A DNA stretch of 52,440 nucleotides from an uncultured Bacilli bacterium (GCA_947629125.1 CANRCO010000001.1:1-52440); one strand, 5' to 3'. Positions 18,231 through 26,338 are shown, numbered from the stretch's first letter. Numbers and translations: made by a program. The notes: a model not told the origin generated them from the letters alone.

Positions 18231-19385
18231 TTATTCCTCGATAATTTTTAACCAATCTTGCATAACTAAAATATTTGTAAAATCATTGATTCTAGTTAAG
18301 GATTTTTTGTGATATTCTTCATAAGTTTGTTTATTTTCTAACAATTCTATTATGGCCTTAGCTAATATTTTTTCATTTTTGGTAATTGTCTCAATTTCAT
18401 GTTCATTAATAAAACTAGGTATCAATAAACCATAATCACTTTTTGTTAATTTCGTTGTTATATTATTAAAATCATAAGTTTTACTTAAAATTTCTTTAGA
18501 ACCACCTGGAGCATCTGTAGCAATAACTGGCGTACCACAACTCATAGCTTCAATTATTACATTAGGAAATCCTTCATAATCACTAGCTAATATAAAACAT
18601 TTTGCCTTTTTTAAAAATTGATAAGGATTAGGATGAAATCCTAAAAAGAAAACATTATTCTCTAAATGATACTTTTTAACTAGCTCTTCTAAATATTCTT
18701 TTTGAGGTCCACGACTAAAAATAACTAAATGAGCATCTTTAACATTTTTTACAACCAAACTCATAGCTTTAATTATATGTTTATGTCCTTTATGAGGTAC
18801 TAATCTTGCTAAAGCAACTACTAAATGGTCATTAACAATTGGTTTATCTTCTTTACTAAAACGTTTTTTTACTTCTGTAGCGATTTCTTCCAAATTGCAA
18901 AAATTAGTTATAACTGCCACTTTTTCGGCAGCAGCATGATAATTATTTATTTGGTCATTTGCTACGCTATTCGAACAACAAACTATTTTATCGGCTTTTT
19001 TCAAAGATATTTTGTGTAAAATTGTGGGAATAAATCCCTCTTTTTTCGTTGATAAATGGTTACGAACAGAAATTATTACTTTATCTTTATATTTTGTAAT
19101 AGCATTAAAAAAATTAAAAACTGTAGTATAACTTATCGTTACATCAATTTTATATTCTTTTTTTAACTGACGAATTTTACGAATACCAAATATTTTTTTC
19201 TTTTTATTTTTTAAATCGGGTACTTCAATAATTGGCACAGTAGTTTCATAATCTTGATTACGTTTTGAAACTACTACTAATATTACGTTATGTTTTTTTT
19301 GTAATTCATTAGCTAACTTAATTATGGAATGCTCTGCTCCACCATTAGATAGATAACCAATAAGTAACATAATATTTTTTGCCAT
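18231..19385 (-). CDS. Glycosyltransferase, GT4 family (paralog of 13846..15009)
   Basis: 384 aa. Motifs: GGAEHS and EGFPNVIIEAMSCGTPVIATDAPGGSKEIL. Confidence 0.85.
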   Translation of the reverse strand: MAKNIMLLIGYLSNGGAEHSIIKLANELQKKHNVILVVVSKRNQDYETTVPIIEVPDLKNKKKKIFGIRKIRQLKKEYKIDVTISYTTVFNFFNAITKYKDKVIISVRNHLSTKKEGFIPTILHKISLKKADKIVCCSNSVANDQINNYHAAAEKVAVITNFCNLEEIATEVKKRFSKEDKPIVNDHLVVALARLVPHKGHKHIIKAMSLVVKNVKDAHLVIFSRGPQKEYLEELVKKYHLENNVFFLGFHPNPYQFLKKAKCFILASDYEGFPNVIIEAMSCGTPVIATDAPGGSKEILSKTYDFNNITTKLTKSDYGLLIPSFINEHEIETITKNEKILAKAIIELLENKQTYEEYHKKSLTRINDFTNILVMQDWLKIIEE

Positions 19386-19386
19386 A

Positions 19387-20445
19387 TTAAGACCTTCTTT
19401 CTATTAAAGTATAATAATCACAATTACATTTTGTAGCGGGACAAATAAACGGTTTAGAAATTAATTTTAAGTCATTATCTAAAATATTAGTAATTATAGT
19501 TTCTTTAGCACAACTTAAACAGCGTGAAACATCACCCATATTATTAATAGTGATACTATTCATTCCTGAATCACAATACATACCTTTTGGATTAAAAGTA
19601 TCTGATACTTTTATATTTATTTTACTTGTATTAGTAAAATAAATTTGTTCATTATTTTTTAAAGTAACTCTTATTTTTGGATAATTATTTTTATTTAATT
19701 TCTGTTTTAATTTAGAAGAAATACTTTTCTTATAATTACGAATAATTATATAGTTAATAGTATTAACATACTTTTTATAATGTTTTTTAAATTTTTTAAA
19801 TGCTTGATAATCTTCATCAGTAACTAAAGGATAACTTACTCCAATGTAAATATTGGAAATGTCTTTTTCCCATTTATTAATTAGTTTTTTTAATAATTTT
19901 ATTTTTTTAAATAAATAAGCATTATTAACAAATAATTGTTTTATTTTATTTTTAATTTGAAATATTTTTAATTTATCAATAAAATCTTGAGGTGTTGTAT
20001 ATTCTTTATAATAACTAGCTGTTAAATTAAGAAAACGATTATTTTTATTTTGAAAAATATCTTTTATTTTTTGTAAATTGTCTTTTGATGTTGATAAATT
20101 AGTGGTAATAAAAATTTTAATTATGCCCGGAAATTTAGAATTTACTAAATCATTTAATATTTTAGAAAAGTCCTTTAAAATAGTTATTTCTCCCCCAATA
20201 AGATATAAATAAATTTTTTGATATTTTTTACTTACTTCATTTTCTATAAATTTAATTAAATTAGCACATATGTGCTCGCGAATTTTCATTGATTCCTTTT
20301 TACTATCACTTAGATGTTTAGCTTTATTTCCTTGCACACAAAAATCACAACTATAATTACATAATTTAGTAATATTCCATCTAATTATATAAGTATTTTT
20401 ATCTATTCGTAAATTCTCAATTTTAATTATATCTTCATTTTTCAT
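19387..20445 (-). CDS. Radical SAM enzyme with a SPASM/twitch-like C-terminus (paralog 2)
   Basis: 352 aa. Motifs: CNYSCDFC and the C-terminal CDSGMNSITINNMGDVSRCLSC...CPATKCNC. By eye it is about half identical to 12111..13163. Confidence 0.8.
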   Translation of the reverse strand: MKNEDIIKIENLRIDKNTYIIRWNITKLCNYSCDFCVQGNKAKHLSDSKKESMKIREHICANLIKFIENEVSKKYQKIYLYLIGGEITILKDFSKILNDLVNSKFPGIIKIFITTNLSTSKDNLQKIKDIFQNKNNRFLNLTASYYKEYTTPQDFIDKLKIFQIKNKIKQLFVNNAYLFKKIKLLKKLINKWEKDISNIYIGVSYPLVTDEDYQAFKKFKKHYKKYVNTINYIIIRNYKKSISSKLKQKLNKNNYPKIRVTLKNNEQIYFTNTSKINIKVSDTFNPKGMYCDSGMNSITINNMGDVSRCLSCAKETIITNILDNDLKLISKPFICPATKCNCDYYTLIERRS

Positions 20446-20510
20446 AACAACCTCTAACTACATAAAAATATCATATCACAAAATTTTAGGTAAATAAATA
20501 AAGTATTCAT

Positions 20511-21806
20511 CTATTTTGAATACTTTTTATTTTCATTTAATAGCCCCATAACTATATAAAATAATGGTGCTACCATAATAACACTGATATTGAAGAAAGC
20601 TTGAATTAAATAAGCTAGAAAGGCCAGAAAATAAATGTAATTTTCTTTTCTATCTTCTTTATTTTTTATATATTTAATTATTGTAAATACTAGTAAACCT
20701 AAATAAGTAATTATAGAGAAAATACCTTCGGTAATAAATTTTTGTAAATATTCATTATGAGCTTTATCAAAACATTGTCCTTTTGAACCAATACCCACAC
20801 ATATATAATTACCCTCATTTATTAAAGAAAAATTATCAATACCCATACCAGTTAAATAATATTTTGGGGCATAAGAAAGTGTTTTTTTCCAAACATATAC
20901 ACGATAATTACCTGTTTCATCAGTGATACCTTTTTTAAATATATTTTTAATTTCAATGAAATTTTTATTCATGGTATAAGTAATACGATGGTTAGCAAAT
21001 TGGTCAAAAATTAATATTAACGCAATTAATAATCCTAAAGTAGATGACCCATATAGAACTACTTTTTTAATATTATTTTTATTTATTTTAGTTAACAATG
21101 TAATGAGAATAATTAATCCAGCTGCTAGATAACAACTAGTTGTATTACCAATAATTAAACCGTAACCAAATAACAATGTTAATAAACCATAAATTATACC
21201 ATGCTTTTTATCTTTTGCTTGAAGTAATTTACCATAAACTAACATCAAACACATTAAAATATAACTTGAATAAAAGTTGGGATTACTTAATGTGCCACTA
21301 GCAAATTTAAAATGAGCTGACCAATTATCACTACGGTCATAACCTAAAATATTTTCAATTCGCAATGTTTGAATTGTTCCTAATAAAATTTGATATATAC
21401 CACTAATTATAATCGTATAAAATATAACTTTTTTTTGGTCTTTATTTAATGTAGATGCTAATAAAAAGATAAAGTAATAACTTAATATAACTAATAACCC
21501 TTCAAAACGACCTTCAGCACCATATAAAGCCATTTTACCATCAAGGGCAAATTTATATGATATATAAGCAAATATAATTAATAATAAAATAAATAAATCT
21601 TTAAAATGGATTTTATCACGATTAATTATTTTATATGTTGTGTAAAAAAATAATGCACAAAAGCCAAAACAAAATAAGCCTAAAGAAAAATAATAATAAG
21701 AAAAGTCAAAGATAATTTTAATTGTTGTACCAACACTTAAATATGCCACTAATAGTATTATTAGTAGCATATTTATAAGGTCGTTCATTTTTTTTAAACG
21801 TTTCAT
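20511..21806 (-). CDS. Wzy_C / O-antigen ligase-family polytopic membrane protein (candidate O-oligosaccharyltransferase or polymerase)
   Basis: 431 aa with many hydrophobic helices. The segment KAHNEYLQKFITEGIFS matches the H-N-x-x-L-x4-E-x-G signature of WaaL, PilO/TfpO and PglL family proteins. Its ATG (21804-21806) overlaps the TAA (21806-21808) of the restored reading frame of the last pilin gene. Confidence 0.75.
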   Translation of the reverse strand: MKRLKKMNDLINMLLIILLVAYLSVGTTIKIIFDFSYYYFSLGLFCFGFCALFFYTTYKIINRDKIHFKDLFILLLIIFAYISYKFALDGKMALYGAEGRFEGLLVILSYYFIFLLASTLNKDQKKVIFYTIIISGIYQILLGTIQTLRIENILGYDRSDNWSAHFKFASGTLSNPNFYSSYILMCLMLVYGKLLQAKDKKHGIIYGLLTLLFGYGLIIGNTTSCYLAAGLIILITLLTKINKNNIKKVVLYGSSTLGLLIALILIFDQFANHRITYTMNKNFIEIKNIFKKGITDETGNYRVYVWKKTLSYAPKYYLTGMGIDNFSLINEGNYICVGIGSKGQCFDKAHNEYLQKFITEGIFSIITYLGLLVFTIIKYIKNKEDRKENYIYFLAFLAYLIQAFFNISVIMVAPLFYIVMGLLNENKKYSK

Positions 21807-22416
21807 TAATTTGATCCTGTTGAAATGCCAATGTCTGATGAAGTGCCTAAATTTTCCAAATCAAAATATTGTCTTAAACTATTATCAGAAGTAGCATATG
21901 CATAATTACATTCCTTACTTTTAAATACATTTAGACTTCCAAGATTATACATTGTAGAACCTGACCTTTCGCCGCCCTGCGAAATATAATTAACCGTTCG
22001 ATTATTTAATTTTACTACTTTACCAACGATTTTAGTATCATTATCATTGCTAGCATCTTCACCATCTATTGCTAATTTTGAATCAGATATAAAATATATT
22101 TTATTAATTTTTCCATTAGAATCTTTATTTATTTTTACTGAGCCAAAATAACCATCCTTAGCACTTTATCATAGTAGCCTAAATCAGCAAGATATTGCAT
22201 AGAAATAATTATATAATCATATTGATTTAATTCAGCTCTACTACTATAAGCAAGTTCTGCAGCTTTAACAAGAGCTCGACCATCATCAATTAATGATTTT
22301 CTTCGTGATTGGTCAAGAATTGGTAAAACACCAACTGCTGCTATCAACATAACAATTGCTAAAATGGTAATTACGGCTAGTAATTCGATTAGTGTAAATC
22401 CTTTTGTATTATTCAT
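21806..22416 (-). pseudogene. Type IV pilin-like gene 3, interrupted by a 1-nt frameshift near 22163
   Basis: The N-terminus MNNTKGFTLIELLAVITILAIVMLIAAVGV is intact. After ..LGYYDK the annotated frame stops at 22135. The -1-nt frame instead reads AKDGYFGSVKINKDSNGKINKIYFISD...ENLGTSSDIGISTGSN* down to 21806, parallel to DGYSGSVYIEYNGG in pilin 1. Confidence 0.7.
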
Positions 22417-22430
22417 TCTCAGCCTACTTC

Positions 22431-23027
22431 CTAATCACTTACAGTTGCAAGTTCAGTAACACTAGGAATACTTCCACTAGCACCAGAATTTGTAAAGAAT
22501 ACTAAACCAGTACTTTTCATTTTTACGCCAGTATGAGTTTTTAAATAATCATATAATTTTTGACCACCACTAACTGTACTTGTATAAGCTAAAAAGGCTG
22601 TATTATACTCTGCATCAGTCTTATCATCAGATTCTCTTCGTGAATAATCTGTATTATCACCTACTGAAAGCGGTTTTCTCTTATAACCATATGTACCATC
22701 ACTTATCGAAAAATGATATTCTACTTTTTTGCCATTTTTTTCAACATGAACAGCACCGCTATAACTAGATGATTGTTTATCATAGTAACCTAAATCACTT
22801 AAAAAATTTAAACTTAAAACCAAATCATCATACTTTCGCAAAGAAGAATTTTCAGTATAAGCAAGTTCTGCAGCTTTTACTAATTCTCTACCTTCATTTA
22901 ATAAAGATTTTGCTTTTGACTTTTCAATCATTGGCAATACACCAATTGCAGCAATAAGCATTACTATACCTAAAATAGTTATTACTGCTAATAATTCGAT
23001 TAATGTAAATCCTTTACTTTTTTTCAT
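22431..23027 (-). CDS. Type IV pilin / pseudopilin-like protein 2 (prepilin N-terminal cleavage/methylation motif)
   Basis: 198 aa. MKKSKGFTLIELLAVITILGIVMLIAAIGV has the G/FTLIE class III signal with Glu5. The C-terminal tail is Ser/Thr/Gly-rich (NSGASGSIPSVTELATVSD). Confidence 0.85.
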   Translation of the reverse strand: MKKSKGFTLIELLAVITILGIVMLIAAIGVLPMIEKSKAKSLLNEGRELVKAAELAYTENSSLRKYDDLVLSLNFLSDLGYYDKQSSSYSGAVHVEKNGKKVEYHFSISDGTYGYKRKPLSVGDNTDYSRRESDDKTDAEYNTAFLAYTSTVSGGQKLYDYLKTHTGVKMKSTGLVFFTNSGASGSIPSVTELATVSD

Positions 23028-23088
23028 TTTCTAACCTACTTTCCTATTTTTAAATTTACTATAATATTTAATAAAAAATAATAATATT

Positions 23089-23658
23089 TTATAATTTTTT
23101 ATTATAAATGCTTACTTTTTTACCACCTATGGTTATACTTTGACCTTCATTTATATTACTTGTTCCAGCATATGATGAATTACCACTGTAACAAACTGCT
23201 TCATAATGTTTTGCACTTTCTTTTATTGATTTAGATAAAACATAATCTTTAGCATTTTTATCTTGCATATTATTCATATTTTGCCAAGCAGTTGCTCCAC
23301 TTTTTGTTTCATAACCAATAGTACCTATTTCACTTTTTATTGTATATTTTTTAATTAATTCACCACCATTATATTCAATATAAACACTACCAGAATAGCC
23401 ATCTTCTATACCTTTATCAAAAAAATTTTTATCATGTAACCATTCTAAAGAAATACAAACATTTTTGCCAACCATTTGTTTATTATCAGAATATGCAAGT
23501 TCAGCAGCATGAACTAATGTTTTTCCTTCATCAAATAAAGCATCATTTTTTGATTTAGTCATTACTGGTATAACTCCAATTGCAGCAATAAGCATTACTA
23601 TACCTAAAATAGTTATTACCGCTAATAATTCAATTAAAGTAAAACCTTTTTTATTCAT
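23089..23658 (-). CDS. Type IV pilin / pseudopilin-like protein 1
   Basis: 189 aa. MNKKGFTLIELLAVITILGIVMLIAAIGV. The first ~55 aa are near-identical to pilins 2 and 3; the rest is divergent. Confidence 0.85.
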   Translation of the reverse strand: MNKKGFTLIELLAVITILGIVMLIAAIGVIPVMTKSKNDALFDEGKTLVHAAELAYSDNKQMVGKNVCISLEWLHDKNFFDKGIEDGYSGSVYIEYNGGELIKKYTIKSEIGTIGYETKSGATAWQNMNNMQDKNAKDYVLSKSIKESAKHYEAVCYSGNSSYAGTSNINEGQSITIGGKKVSIYNKKL

Positions 23659-23713
23659 TTTAAACCTACTCTCTATAAACAGATTAATATATTTAGATTA
23701 TTAAAACAATAAA

Positions 23714-23742
23714 AAAATATTTAATTTACAAAATGTTGTCAA
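23714..23742 (-). promoter_or_regulatory. Weak candidate promoter for the pilin / glycan operon
   Basis: On the minus strand: perfect TTGACA (23737-23742, overlapping the TGA stop of the DUF421 gene), a 17-nt spacer, then a poor -10 TATTTT (23714-23719). Confidence 0.25.
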
Positions 23743-24419
23743 TTAAGTTCATTTCGTCTAATTAAATAAATTTTATTTTTTTTATAGAAAGCATAGAAAA
23801 CATCTTTCGCTTGTAAATTTTTCTTATCTAATTCTTCTTGCAACCATTCAGTTGTTTTACCAATATGATACAAAGCTTTTTTTTGAATTAAACCATCTAA
23901 AATTAATGGCATAGGATAATTTGATTTTCGTCCCATAAACTTATATTTAAAAATTGATAATTTTCCATTAGGTTCTAAAAAAGCATATTCCACTTCTTCA
24001 ATATTACGAATTTCTTTTTGTCTTAAACTAAGAAGTAAATCATCCATAGTATAGCGTTGTTTAATTAATTCTGAATAATTTATTTTACCATTACTAATAA
24101 TTAAAGATGGCTTACCATCAAATAAAGTACGAAACTTACGTGACTTTAATGAAAAAAAACCTAATCCTAATTCTAGTACAACTAAAACAATAACAGGCAT
24201 AATAGTTAAATATATCGAATCTTTACTATTTTCAATACTAATTGCTACTAATTCAGCTATTAAGATAGAAACAATTAAATCAATAATTCCTAGTTGTCCT
24301 ACTTCTCTTTTACCCATTATTCGATAACATAAAGTTATAAAAAAGTAAAAAAATAATGTCCGATAAATAACAACAAATAATTGCATATAATCACCCAAAT
24401 ATATTATGGTTAAATTCAT
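23739..24419 (-). CDS. DUF421 (YetF-like) membrane protein
   Basis: 226 aa. MGKREVGQLGIIDLIVSILIAE matches the G-K-R-x4-L-x2-D motif typical of DUF421, followed by a soluble C-terminal half. The stop is TGA. Confidence 0.7.
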   Translation of the reverse strand: MNLTIIYLGDYMQLFVVIYRTLFFYFFITLCYRIMGKREVGQLGIIDLIVSILIAELVAISIENSKDSIYLTIMPVIVLVVLELGLGFFSLKSRKFRTLFDGKPSLIISNGKINYSELIKQRYTMDDLLLSLRQKEIRNIEEVEYAFLEPNGKLSIFKYKFMGRKSNYPMPLILDGLIQKKALYHIGKTTEWLQEELDKKNLQAKDVFYAFYKKNKIYLIRRNELN

Positions 24420-24459
24420 ATTATTTTAAACACTACCATATTATTTACTAGGTGATTTA

Positions 24460-24825
24460 ATGAAAAAGATACTTTTTTATTTAAAACAAATTGGATTTTA
24501 TCTAGGATTTATTTTAATTTTAGCTTTGTTTTTAAGTTTACTTAATTTATTAAATATTGGTAGCAATGTAACTAATGTTTTAGCAATAGCAGCTTTAATC
24601 GTTTACTTTTTAATTATGGGAATTATTCATGGTAAAAAAGCAGATAGTAAAGGTTTCTTAGTTGGTTTAAAAATTGGTTTAAGTAGCATTTTAATTTTAA
24701 TTATTATTGATTTAATTTTCTTCCGAGCTAAATTTAGTTTAATTCGTATTATATATTATTTAATTTTATTATTATCTTGTATTTTAGGAGGAACAATTGG
24801 TATCAATCATAAAAAAGAAAAATAA
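24460..24825 (+). CDS. Small four-helix membrane protein (resembles the TIGR04086 family, from memory)
   Basis: 121 aa and almost entirely hydrophobic. It has a central GIIHGKKADSKGFLVGLKIGL segment. Confidence 0.5.
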   Translation: MKKILFYLKQIGFYLGFILILALFLSLLNLLNIGSNVTNVLAIAALIVYFLIMGIIHGKKADSKGFLVGLKIGLSSILILIIIDLIFFRAKFSLIRIIYYLILLLSCILGGTIGINHKKEK

Positions 24826-24860
24826 CTAAAAAGTACTTAAGTTAAAGTACTTTTTAGTTA
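24823..24860. terminator. Bidirectional terminator between convergent genes
   Basis: Perfect 15-bp inverted repeat taactaaaaagtact (24823-24837) / agtactttttagtta (24846-24860) with an 8-nt loop. The arms contain both stop codons. Confidence 0.6.
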
Positions 24861-26303
24861 TTCATTATTTTCCAAGGATGGTCCTTCTTCTTTTAATAAA
24901 CCATAGTTTCTTAATACAATATTACCATCATCTTTTTTAATTTCATAAGTATAATATAACTGTTTAACTCGATTTATTAATTGAGATATATTATTTTTAT
25001 TAGCTTTTACAATAATCTGTTCATTATCAAAGTAATATTCTCGAATAATTTTATTTTTTAAATCTTGAATAATAGTTTTAGATATATAAGATAAATCGTA
25101 AGCAGTATTATATTGATTAATAGTAACTACATTATTATAATATTCTGGTTTTAAATTTAGAAAATGATTATCATATTTTAAATTTAGAATAATTTCATCA
25201 TCAGTTAAACTATCATCAATTTGATATTCAATCTCACTATAATCAAAATATATTTCACTATTCATATGATAATATGTTATGTGATTTTTTAAATTAACTA
25301 ATTCATTACTATCGGCTATTTTATAATTTCTTAATTCAATAAAGGTCAAACTTAAACCAATACTACCAATAATGATACAACTTAATAAAATTATAAATAT
25401 TCTTTTAACTTTATTTTGATGATTAACAATAAAATTATAAAAGATTTCCATAACTTGTACATTGAAAATTATTAAAGCCATAAACATAATAATTAAGCCG
25501 AAGACATTAACACCTTTAAATTGTAAGAAAATTAATAAAACTAAACTAATGATAAAAGCAATTAAACTAAAGACAAATAGAGTTAAAAAACAAGCAATAA
25601 TAAATTTAATAAAATAGATAACTAATTTAGATAATACGGCTAAAAAAGCAAATGGTCGATCATGTGGATCGCGAATAATTATTTTTTCTATTTTTTCAGA
25701 TGATTTTTTTATAGTTTTGGGAGTTGTATTATCTACTTCATTTCCATCATAATTAAATTCATAATAATTTAAATATCTTATTTTAAAGATATGAATTAAA
25801 ATAATTATGGCTAAAATAAAGGAAAGAATAAAATAAATTCCCTCACCAATATCTAAAATAATATTTTTAATATCATATGGTAAAAAAGCTAAAAAATTAG
25901 TCATTATATTGCTTAAAATACTACCAACAATCATACTGATAATTAAAAGTATTATAACTACTATAGCCATTTCAATTAAGCATTTAATAATACTTAAAAA
26001 TTTCATTTGACCAAACATATTAATACTTTTAGTAATAAAATCTAATAAACTATCAATATATTCATTTAAATGATTTTTAGTCTTATTCATTTTGGTAATA
26101 TCAGTTAATTCTTCATTAACTAAATCATCTAATGTACAGTTAAAGATTTTACACATAGTTACTAATTTATCCATTTCCGGATAGGCTTTATCACTTTCCC
26201 ATTTAGAAACTGATTGGCGACTAACACTTAACTTATCGGCTAGTTCTTCTTGCGATAAATGTATTTCTTTTCGCAATTTTTGTAATTTTGTTCCAAAACT
26301 CAT
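24858..26303 (-). CDS. Membrane-tethered XRE-family HTH regulator
   Basis: 481 aa. The N-terminus LSQEELADKLSVSRQSVSKWESDKAYPEMDKLVTMCKIFNCTLDDL is a classic HTH_3 motif. It is followed by several long hydrophobic helices and a ~170-aa C-terminal domain. It has a strong GGAGGTG RBS. Confidence 0.8.
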   Translation of the reverse strand: MSFGTKLQKLRKEIHLSQEELADKLSVSRQSVSKWESDKAYPEMDKLVTMCKIFNCTLDDLVNEELTDITKMNKTKNHLNEYIDSLLDFITKSINMFGQMKFLSIIKCLIEMAIVVIILLIISMIVGSILSNIMTNFLAFLPYDIKNIILDIGEGIYFILSFILAIIILIHIFKIRYLNYYEFNYDGNEVDNTTPKTIKKSSEKIEKIIIRDPHDRPFAFLAVLSKLVIYFIKFIIACFLTLFVFSLIAFIISLVLLIFLQFKGVNVFGLIIMFMALIIFNVQVMEIFYNFIVNHQNKVKRIFIILLSCIIIGSIGLSLTFIELRNYKIADSNELVNLKNHITYYHMNSEIYFDYSEIEYQIDDSLTDDEIILNLKYDNHFLNLKPEYYNNVVTINQYNTAYDLSYISKTIIQDLKNKIIREYYFDNEQIIVKANKNNISQLINRVKQLYYTYEIKKDDGNIVLRNYGLLKEEGPSLENNE

Positions 26304-26338
26304 TTTGCACCTCCAAGTTAAATTCTATATTAATTTAT

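Noticed and set aside
7404-20445. Reading the rSAM/SPASM-like + AsnB-like + ABC exporter genes as a RiPP cluster (sactipeptide, ranthipeptide or lasso peptide).
   Set aside because: No short precursor-peptide ORF, leader peptidase or transglutaminase-like B protein is present. The ABC exporter has no C39 peptidase domain. The enzymes are interleaved with four GT4 genes (a fifth at 1012..2085 lies beyond the paralog triplet), a sugar kinase and a nucleotidyltransferase. A glycan context is more parsimonious, although protein modification by the rSAM enzymes is kept open as a finding.
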